Source: Rotaria sordida (taxonomy: Eukaryota). Taken from it: 10,224 nucleotides of DNA. A program made the translations under genes and the position numbers. Where the stretch lies: the NCBI GenBank assembly GCA_905251635.1, contig CAJNOT010001046.1, positions 55,455-65,678 on the forward strand, written 5' to 3'. The notes beneath the pieces were generated by a model, which saw only the letters and a program-made list of their open reading frames with translations, made no database searches and had not been told where the DNA came from. Numbering within the stretch: the stretch's first letter is position 1; every line of letters begins with the position of its first letter. Below, in pieces: positions 1-8,409 of this stretch.

Positions 1-248
1 ATGTCATGGTAAATTCCAATTTTCAGGAAATTCAAAAAAGTGACTGTAGGAGAAATTTCATGGAAATTTCATTGAATGCTTTTAAGAATAGTCATAGAAA
101 CTCTTCTAACAAAAAAAAAATATAGAAATGAAGTTGAAGTCTGAGTTAGGGTTCCGTTGAATTGAGTTGGGGTGAGTCAAGCCAAGTAAGAATATATATC
201 TATATGTATATATAAAATATATGATTCAATCTCGGGTAGGATTGGATT

Positions 249-441
249 GGGTTGAGTTGGGTTGAGTTGGGTTGAGTCGGGTTGAGTTGGCTTGGGTTGA
301 GTTGGGTTGAGTTGGGTTGAGTCGGGTTGAGTTGGCTTGGGTTGAGTCGAGTCGGGTTGTGTTGGCTTGGGTTGAGTTGGGTTGAGTCGGGTTGAGTTGG
401 CTTGGGTTGAGTTGGCTTGGGTTGAATTGGCTTGGGTTGGG
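249..441 (+). repeat. Pentamer-based tandem array (GGGTT/GAGTT/GAGTC/GGCTT)
   Basis: All unit spacings are multiples of 5. A longer 45-bp order occurs: (GGGTTGAGTT)x2 GGGTTGAGTC GGGTTGAGTTGGCTT, followed by shortened 35- and 15-bp versions. Confidence 0.9.
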
Positions 442-600
442 CACTTGATCCAACCCAATCCGAAATCAAAACAACTGTTTTATATTTATCTATAGCCCAT
501 GTGAAAAATTGCGAAAAAAATCAGCTTTAGAGAGGTCAAAATCGATTTTTTTTACATGAGTAGGCATATATTCTTCCTTGACTTGATCCAACCCAACCCA

Positions 601-868
601 AAATCAAATCATCTATTTTATATTCATCTATAGATATATATTCTTCATTGACTTGACCCAACCGAACCGAACCCAACCCGACCCAACGTGACCCAACCGA
701 ACTCAACCCAACCAACCCCACCCAACCTGAAGTCAAATCATCTGTTTTATATTCATCTATAGATATATATTCTTCATGGACTGGACCAACCAAAGCCGAT
801 CCAGCCCGAAGTCAAATCACCTATTCTATATTCATCTATAGATATACATTCTGTATTGGGTTAACCCA
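601..868 (+). repeat. Direct repeats of an AT-rich unit (ATCAAATCATCTRTTTTATATTCATCTATAGATATATATTCTTCAT) alternating with AACCC-type tracts
   Basis: Copies at about 602-649, about 732-777 and about 811-853. A fourth, interrupted copy begins at about 461 and resumes at about 564. An inverted copy is at about 186-235. Confidence 0.85.
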
Positions 869-959
869 ACCCAATCCACCCCAACCTAAGAGATGGACAC
901 TTCACTTCTCAGATGTTGAAAAATTTGAATTTCAAGGAAATCGGAATTTACCATACCCT

Positions 960-1480
960 CAAGCGGAATTAGACGGAATCGCACGGAATTCCAAGCAATT
1001 CCGTCCGATACCGGAATTACATAGAATTCCGGAATTCCATCTGATCCTCACCACTAGCTTGTCTTCTACAGTTAAAAATAAATATCTAAAGTAAGCGAAC
1101 GATTCCGGAATGGATTTCTGGGAATTAGATCGAAGCGGAGTTACACGAAAGCGCACGGATTTCCTAGCAATTACGACCGATTCCAAAATTCCATCCAAAT
1201 CCGGAATGGAACGGAATTGCTAGGAATTAGTGGTAATTCCGTCCGATTCCGTCTAATTCCACTTCGATCTATTTCCTGGGATTCCGTTCCGGAATCGCTC
1301 CCTTATTTCAGATATTTATCTTTAGCTACACAAGGCAAGCTGACGGCGAGGATGAGACAGAATTCCGGAATTGGATGCCATTCCGAAATCGCATGCAGTT
1401 CTGGAATCGGACGGAATTGCTAGGACTTCTATCCGATTCCGTGTAATTCCACTTCGATGTATTTCCCGGAATTCCGTTCC
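960..1480. repeat. Large two-tier palindrome built of GGAATTCC/TTCCGGAA-rich units
   Basis: Core AATTGCTAGG at 1215-1224 and again at 1415-1424 (200-bp direct period). The reverse complement CCTAGCAATT is at 1163-1172, with variant CCAAGCAATT at 991-1000 (172-bp period). Arms read ...CGCTTCGATCTA...ATTCCGGAATCG(T/C)TC...AGATATTTAT.TTTA..T...A.G.CAAGCT....G.GAGGAT.AGA..GAATTCCGGAATT in both orientations. Translated arms also align (RFRVTPLRSNSQKSIPESFAYFRYL vs RFRLIPLRSISWDSVPESLPYFRYL). Confidence 0.88.
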
Positions 1481-1484
1481 GAAA

Positions 1485-1625
1485 GGGTGTGGATGTGGAC
1501 ATCTTCTCATCACACACATACCCACACCCACCCACACCCACACCCACGCCCACACCCACACCCACCCACACCCATACCCATACCCACACCCACACCCACA
1601 CTCATACCCACCCACACCCACACAT
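1485..1625. repeat. GT-rich to CA-rich foldback with telomere-like CCCACA/CCCATA repeats
   Basis: GGGTGTGGATGTGGAC, a short spacer (ATCTTCTCATCACACACATA), then about 105 bp of CCCACACCCACACC-type tandem repeats. Confidence 0.85.
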
Positions 1626-2353
1626 CATATATCAAAATCCAAAATACCAACCACATTTACACCCACATTCATGGCTCTTAATAAATACTGTGTAATTTCC
1701 GTATAAAAATACGTATACTTCTCGTTGCGCAGATTTTCAATGACTCAATTGATTACTAATTACTTGAGCAATCGTTTAGCAGATAACTATGAATCGAAAA
1801 CAGGATGAGCAATTAGAAAACAATTTCGTGCGGAATCTTTCGATTTTCGATACTCGATATGATGAAAAATAAACTTTTCATTATAGTTCAGAATAAAACT
1901 TTCCCACTCAACCACAGAAAAAGATTTGGAAAAAGTAATCGTCAAATGCTCTTCAGCTATATTTCTATATTCTATTACAGTTAATTGTTTTAAAAAGAAA
2001 GAAGTTTTGATGAATTCTTTTTGACTACATTAGTGATTCGAATCAAGAAAAACCTTTCTACCTGTCTTCTTCATTTTAATATAAGCCAACAAGAGATAGC
2101 TCAGATCATAATTGTCTTAAATATATTGTTGTCGCTATCTTTTTCAATGTCGGAATAAAAATAGGAACAAACGAGCACTTATCGTAGTAGCGTCTTACTG
2201 ACTAGTCTCTTTCATAAAACATGAAGCAAAGTCTATAAGATATTCTAGTTTGCATAGTAATCTCATCATTTCCAACAATTATTGTACATTTTTTTATCGA
2301 AAACTAACCCTATAGAGTCTACATGCCATTTTAGAATTATTATATTCTATGAC

Positions 2354-3081
2354 ATGACATCAACGAACGAAGTTGGACTGGCATCAGATCGCATTCGAAA
2401 TCAATCCGAAGCCATTTTGGAAGATCTAAACTGTTCGATATGTCATAATATTTTATGGAAATCAGTCGCTTGTCAGAAATGCGAAACTCACTTTTGTTCG
2501 ACGTGCATTAAAAAATGGCTCCGTGAAGGCAGAAATCAATGTCCAGTGGGATGCAAACCATTCATAGAAAGAGCATGTTCTCGATTTATTGTTACTCCAT
2601 TAGCCAGATTACAGATTGCCTGCATCTATGAATCAAACGGTTGTTGTGAGGTCAGTTGTTCTACTCCCGAAATTATTTCGTCGATATTTTATTTTAGATT
2701 CTTCCATACGAAGCAGTCGAAAAACATGAGGCAGAATGTGGTTTCCAGCCCCAAAGGTGTCCTAGCTGTCATTTATCATTTGCTAAAAAGGAAATCCAGA
2801 AACATAAGTCTCAATGTGGATTGGTTGAACTTACCTGTGAAGATTGCAAAATTGTCTACAAGCGACGTGATGCAACTGAAAGTCATACCGATATTATATG
2901 TCTCAAAGAACAATTTCGACAGTTTCGGCATCAAACGCAAGAAGAAAATAAACAGTTAAAAGAAGAAAATACAAAGTTAAAAGAGGAATTTCAACAGTTT
3001 TGGCATCAAACACAAGAAGAAATTAAACGGTTAAACGAAGAATTGGAGAAATTTAGTAAGTATTATACTACTCAACGCTGA
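2354..3081 (+). CDS. RING-type + TRAF-type zinc finger protein with C-terminal coiled coil; join(2354..2650,2698..3081), 226 aa, putative E3 ubiquitin ligase or adaptor
   Basis: ATG at 2354 gives MTSTNEVGLASDRIRNQSEAILEDLNCSICHNILWKSVACQKCETHFCSTCIKKWLREGRNQCPVGC (RING-like Cys/His spacing). Removing a GT-AG intron (2651-2697) joins ...IYESNGCCE in frame to ILPYEAVEKHEAECGFQPQRCPSCHLSFAKKEIQKHKSQCGLVELTCEDCKIVYKRRDATESHTDIIC (TRAF-type zinc finger Cys/His pattern), then a Lys/Glu/Gln-rich coiled coil ending in TGA at 3079-3081. The track ORFs 2282..2959 and 2821..3081 are fragments of this gene; 2282 is a non-ATG start. Confidence 0.87.
2651..2697 (+). other. 47-nt spliceosomal intron (phase 0) in the RING/TRAF gene
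   Basis: Exon ...TTGTGAG|GTCAGTTG...TATTTTATTTTAG|ATTCTTCCATAC. Canonical GT and pyrimidine-rich AG; removal restores the zinc-finger reading frame through to the stop at 3081. Confidence 0.85.
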
Positions 3082-3504
3082 AAAATGATTGGTGAGAAAT
3101 TGTTTCGAAGAGGAAAAAATCATTTCAGACATTCGCTCGATTCTTATTCATTCCGAACCATTTCCATCTATTGTGAAACATCTCCAAGCATTCGTATACA
3201 TTCACTGTTTTCACAAATCACTCTGTTGTTATACGAAAATTGGATGAATTCTGACACTTGTTTCTTAGCTTAAAAAGATTGTATGAATTTTGAGCTGGCG
3301 AGTCAAAATTCATAGGAATTGAGTCTCTATCTTCAAGCATTTTTTAAATTAATACACGAATTTCATGCAGTTGATCACATTGGCATGGATCGCTTTGACC
3401 TATCTTCGAGGAATCAGATTGATCTGAATTAAAGAATTATTATAAGCTTGTTTCTGACAACTTAAATTTTTGTGTTAATTTTGTTCTCAGCATTCACAAC
3501 TTAA

Positions 3505-4000
3505 ATAGTGAATGTGCCTTGATTGACTGTACAAGTGTGCACTATCATCATAGATCGAAGTTCGAACTATAGGTCTAATTATACTTTGAATATTTCAATA
3601 CCATTAATATTGTGAGCGTGAGGAGTTCAACTGTCCTTTCAAAATTCATCAAATTCCAATTTTATGTTCATCTATTCAGGACACATATCAAAAATACATA
3701 TCGATTATCTCTCAATTACCTGCCTTATCTACTGTACCTTTTTTAACATAAATATGCAAGAAAACAACTAAATAGAATAAAGAATATTGAACATGTGATA
3801 TCGGTCAAGAATTGAATTCTTTAATCTCTAAAATAGTATTTTCGGCGAATCTTGATCAGCTTTGCAAAAATAGTCGAACTCCGTACACTCAAAGTATTAA
3901 AATGGTATTGAAATATTCAAAGTATAGACGCACGTAGAACTTCTGCTTGTGATGGTTATGTAAATATATACAGTTAATTGAGACGCATTCACTGTTGAAT
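3505..4000. repeat. Diverged inverted repeat pair (arms about 3510-3655 and about 3855-3998)
   Basis: ATACTTTGAATATTTCAATACCATT (3581-3605) is perfectly reverse-complementary to 3901-3925. Similarity extends outward (GAAGTTC.., AGTGAATGYG..TGATTGACTGTA vs AGTGAATGCGTCTCAATTAACTGTA) and inward (GGAGTTCRACT). Confidence 0.75.
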
Positions 4001-4442
4001 TTTTAAATGGTGAGAAATAAATTAAGGCAAAAGTGAAAATTTACGAAGTAACAGTTTACAATACTTCATCTCTAGCGGGAATTGGTCTAATGTATCCAAG
4101 ATAATGTATGAGATAGAACATGTTAAGATATTGAAAAGAGCTCAGGAACTTCTAGAAATTATCATCAATCCGATTGGAAATGGAGATCTATACGGGAGAC
4201 TGGTTCTCATGAGCTTGTAAAATTTCGACTTTAATTGCCTAAGTCATTCCTTCTGTGAGATTAAACGAACTATCAGATCTGATCTCATTAGCTTTACAAA
4301 AAGTATGTTTGTCGATATTTGAAACAATATTCATCTAGAAAAAAACATTAATAAAAAAATAAATGAAAATCGTAGGCATGTACAGCCTATGTATTTAAAA
4401 ATAGACTACTAAATTTATTTGGAAATGCAATAGTGAAGTCCA

Positions 4443-4490
4443 GAGTGTGAATGTGAGTGTAGATGAAAAGAAGATCCACACCTATACACC
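4443..4490 (-). repeat. Mini foldback related to the spacer/arm junctions of the GT-rich foldbacks
   Basis: Minus strand GGTGTATAGGTGTGGATCTTCTTTTCATCTACACTCACATTCACAC resembles 9946-10004 GTGTGGATGTGGATCTGACTTTTTATTTCATCTACGCCCACACCC and 1488-1527. Confidence 0.55.
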
Positions 4491-5577
4491 ATATAATAAA
4501 TAAGTATGAAAGTGGGCTTTTTATTGCAGTCCAGAAAAAAAAACGTCATTGAATGGCATATTCTTGATAAATTTTAATACAGTTTTTAAAAGCATTCAGA
4601 GATGGTGTGTAATTGCCGAAACATCAACTGTTTTACTTCTTCGCAAACACTTAAAAAGAGGCGGAAATTTCTGAACATATGCTGTAGTAGATAGTTCAGT
4701 AATGAGTCGGAAAATTAATCATATCAACATAAAGCATATCTCAGTTGTATCGGCTTGATTTTAACGATAAAATTTTCAGCTATATTGAATTAACATGCCA
4801 TTGAAAAAGTTATCTGTACTGGAATTACGTACAGTAAAATCAGAGTTCTTCAAAAATGACAATATATGTATATAGTGAAGATGTTAGCTCATTCATACCA
4901 AGAAAATTATTTCGGCATTTGTTCGATATAGCACTTTTTTTCTGAACAATCATCCTTTACCATTCATATAATGATCAAACGATCATTAATTAGGTGAATT
5001 ATAGTTTTCCTCGTGTATGTTTTGTTAATTTCGCGTTTGTTTTCAACTGATCACGTATCTGCCAAATTGACATCAAAGTATGGATTAGTTTCCCTCTTTC
5101 TTGAGAAAAACACCCATGAAGAAGAACTATGAGTGCCACTGATTCAAGATGAAACACATCGCTGCATAGAAAATCATGAGTCAATCAATATGTTCATATC
5201 TGATATGAACGAGTGACAAATCTATTCACAAGAATTTACTCCGTGTCAATGGAAGTATTGATTTCTAAAAATAAAAAAAAAAAGATAATATAAAAATATT
5301 AATTACGATAGGCTAAGTTCAGAACAAAAAGGAGTGTTCATGGATTCGAAAAGAGGAAAAAGGCAAAAAGATTATGAAACGTTCGTTCTTGATAGTATAG
5401 AAGACATTTTTCATGGCTTTAACTACAAAAAAAAGAAACATTTACGTTTGCGTAGAAGGCGAGACTATTCCAAAATTGATGTTCAATAAGTCAGCCGAAT
5501 GCACTTTTCAATCTTTCTTATTCTTTGCGACATATCGAGGTGGGAAGATTTTTGATCAATTTAACTGAAATTCTATG

Positions 5578-6417
5578 AAAAAGCTTGCTAGCGCAGCTCC
5601 TGCGGAGCTGAAATGTGGAACTCACATATACCATTAAACCTTAATATTCTAATGCATCATATGTAAACTGAAAAATTTCGTGTACACTGTAGTTGTTTTC
5701 ATTGATAATCAATGACAAGAGCGAGACTTTGTTATTTATTTCTACATTTAAAACAGAAAATTTTTTTGTTTGAGAGTGCCCTATTTTTATTTTGCATTGT
5801 TACTATTCGCTCATTAACTTTCATTTTTTTTTAATTCGTTTTTCGTAATTCAACATTCTTATTATTATAAGCATTGAATTAATTGGTAAATAAATCTGTT
5901 TTACATATCCATGATATCTACAGAAGATCTTACGCACTATTATATATATTAATCAGCTCACAAACAATGATGCTGACTATCTTTCAAAATTATAACTTGA
6001 TCAATTTTTCAAAAAAACTAGAAAGTCTGACTCCTGTTATTCTTAATTATTAAGATCTGTAATGGGGGTGTCTGTAATGGGGTGAGGAGGGGAGGGGGAG
6101 CTGCCAAACCTCAAACTTAAAACTTACACTCACTATTTTCTTCGGAAATATACATGAGTTCCACAAAAAATGAAAGATAATAAGCGAATAGCAACAGTGC
6201 AAAATAAAAATAGAGCACTCTCAAACAAAAAAAATTTTCTGTCTTAAATGTAGAAATAAATAACAAAGTCACGCTCTTATCATTGATTATCAATGAAAAC
6301 AACTACAGTGCACACGAAATTTTTCAGTTTACATATAATGCATCAGAATATTAAGTTTTAAGGATATATGTGAGTTCCACATTTCAGCTCCAAAGGAGCT
6401 GCGCTAACAAGCTTTTT
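5578..6417. mobile_element. 840-bp non-autonomous foldback/MITE-like element with about 255-bp terminal inverted arms
   Basis: Left arm 5578-about 5831 (AAAAAGCTTGCTAGCGCAGCTCCTGCGGAGCTGAAATGTGGAACTCACATATA...) is about 90% identical by eye to the reverse complement of about 6164-6417 (AAAAAGCTTGTTAGCGCAGCTCCTTTGGAGCTGAAATGTGGAACTCACATATA...). No ORF over 61 aa inside. Confidence 0.85.
6064..6098 (+). other. G-run cluster, possible G-quadruplex, in the centre of the foldback element
   Basis: GGGGG-TGTCTGTAAT-GGGG-TGAGGA-GGGG-A-GGGGG; the first loop is 10 nt, longer than the canonical limit. Confidence 0.5.
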
Positions 6418-7856
6418 TCTAAAATCCTACTCCAACTCCAATTTAACTTCAATTCCAGTCCGATTTTAGAAAACTGAATTTTTGCCAAAACACTCTTAAA
6501 TACACATAAGTTTTTGAACATAATTAAATCTACGATTGATATAAATTAGTAGCATATTAATTTATTGCTTTATAAACTTTTTCATAAAATCCAGAGATAG
6601 GCACCTCCATTCTTTCCCGTTCCTACTCCATAAAACTCCACTGTCACTCTGATGAGAAAAAGCGTCAACTTCAAAGTTGGAATTGTCCATCTCTGATATC
6701 AACCATTCCAAAATACGTACTCTTCAGATCCTCCTGAACATATTCATGACATACGAGCTCACAGAAGGCTTCTCAGAACAAGCACTACATAAGGTTTACA
6801 GCATGATCCTGATAGCAGATACTCATTATTTTTAGATTTTCAGAGTTTTGGCAGAGTATCTTATTTAGTCACCAAGATTCTCTTCTAGGACTCTGATACA
6901 GCGGTTTGAAGATTGTTTTCATCAAAAGCTAATAATAGCATTTTAGAACACTTTCTGCCTATCCCATTACTACCGCCCTTTCCAAAGCCCATAAAATCCA
7001 TAGATCCCAATGTTTTTCACTGGAGAGCTCTGTTAGGATTGTCATTCATCTTTTCAGCATTTCAAAAGTAAAAGGCCTCAGATTACATAGATCCGCGTGG
7101 AGCCCTCTCAACTTTGTTCAGTTTCGTATGCATCAAAGCCTTCTGATGATCCTGCTAAGACCCTATCAGAATCGTCCTTCAAATAGCTTAACATAACTTG
7201 CCAAAAGCCTTATGAAATTTCACCGCCATCCTCTATGCAAATGTTTAGGAGATTCTTCGGCAGATCTGCATTCATCATTCAGATAATCATGTGATCAGAT
7301 ACTGTGACCTATAATGTGAAGAGCATCCTCAAAGATATATACTGAATTCCCAAGGTTTCCAAAAAACATAGAGATTAGGTTTGACATTTGTTGTTCAACG
7401 ATTCGACATTCTCCTCACAGGATGCAAATAGAATCTTCTCTGGATATTTTCACTTTAGGAGTTTCACATAGTTCATTATTTTATTGCTTAAATTCTGGTC
7501 TGGTGTTCATATAAGTGATCATCCTGCAAAAAAATTCTGAATTCTCGCAATTTCAAATAAAATCCTCAGATCCCTAGTTTTTCTATCGAAAGCTTGCATG
7601 GAATTAGCATTGCTCTTTCTTCGAGGACCTCCTTACAGCAATCTCCAGGCGTAGCTTTTCGGGTTAAAAAGATCTTGGCAAAAACTAAAAGTGACATAGA
7701 TGTAAGAATCGTTACGAAATCCTTTTTTCACATGGAAAACTAGAAAAAGGCTTCTGAATTTTTATCCGTGGAAAGAACATTTTCGAAAGTTTTACCAAAT
7801 TCCCTTCGAAGAAGACGAATTTCTCCTTCATAGCTCTTTCCCCCGCCAGCAGTAGT

Positions 7857-8335
7857 CACGATCCAAAAGTTGGCAATTCAAGAAAATCAAGGAAATCAAG
7901 AAATTCCAGGAAATTCTAGAAAATCAAGGGATTTAACAAACATACATAAGGTACTGAGCTATAAGTCAAGAATATAATGGAATTCAAGCAATTCAAGAAA
8001 TTCTAGAAATTCAAGCAATTTAACCAAGACACATATAGTAGCAAGTCATAGGCCTCAACTATGATGGAATTCAAGAAAATCAAGCAATTCAAGAAAATTT
8101 CTAGAATTTCTAGAATTGCTTGATTTTCTTGAATTCCAAGACAATCTCGACAGTGTGAGTGAAGGCATCCTCTTCGTAAACGGTATAGTGGAATTCAAGG
8201 AATTCAAGGAAATTTCTAGAATTGTTTGATTTTCTTGAATTCCATTGTAGTGTAAACTTATGAGCCAGCATTTTATGTCTTTCTTGAGTTTCTTGAATTT
8301 CTAGAATTTCTTGAATTGCCAATTTCTGGGTCGTG
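7857..8335. repeat. Nonamer-repeat array with terminal inverted repeats (MITE-like), just upstream of the NHL exon
   Basis: Left terminus CACGATCCAAAAGTTGGCAATTCAAGAAA; reverse complement of right terminus CACGACCCAGAAATTGGCAATTCAAGAAA (about 26/29). The interior has 9-bp period variants TTTCTTGAA/TTTCTAGAA and complements, plus about 80-bp subunits containing ACATA...ATGGAATTCAAG. Confidence 0.85.
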
Positions 8336-8409
8336 GTTATATCTCTCTCCCGCGAGGGAGAAGGATCTCTTCAACAACGACGATTCCTTTTCCTTTTCGT
8401 TCATTGTAG

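Larger units (their letters stand above)
5..958. repeat. Composite nested foldback region
   Basis: Outer arms: 5-38 (catggtaaattccaattttcaggaaattcaaaaaa) is near-reverse-complementary to about 924-958 (aaaaatttgaatttcaaggaaatcggaatttaccata). Middle AT-rich arms: about 170-235 is reverse-complementary to about 601-664. Inner arms are G-rich (GGGTT/GAGTT) at 249-441 and C-rich (AACCC) at about 580-600 and 655-730. Confidence 0.75.

Noticed and set aside
177-469. Track ORFs 177..458, 200..469 and 226..453 encoding NPTQPNSTQL repeats
   Set aside because: All three minus-strand frames stay open because the sequence is a pentamer array lacking stop codons; no independent coding evidence.
959-1423. 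Apparent pair of homologous convergent/divergent proteins (959..1198 minus and 1217..1423 plus)
   Set aside because: Their similarity is explained by the DNA palindrome; there is no recognisable domain and the frames are short, so I treat them as repeat translations.
1322-1706. ORFs encoding HTHPHP / VWVWVG repeats (1322..1621, 1326..1601, 1371..1706, 1457..1681, 1489..1695)
   Set aside because: Translations of the CCCACA/TGTGGG simple repeat in several frames; artefactual.
4969-4988. Perfect small hairpin TAATGATC-AAAC-GATCATTA
   Set aside because: Eight-bp stem in AT-rich DNA is expected by chance at this scale; no T-tract or neighbouring gene gives it a role.
4999-5184. 61-aa minus-strand ORF
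   Set aside because: Short, no recognisable motif, in AT-rich intergenic sequence.
6570-7800. Possible decayed gene or element suggested by recurring GATCCTGCT/GATCATCCTGC-like words and strand skew
   Set aside because: No ORF over 60 aa, no convincing alignment between the words by eye, and no domain signal; not strong enough to claim.
7857-8335. CRISPR-like regular repeats
   Set aside because: Units are degenerate 9-mers and inverted subunits without unique fixed-length spacers, in a eukaryotic context with a spliced gene.
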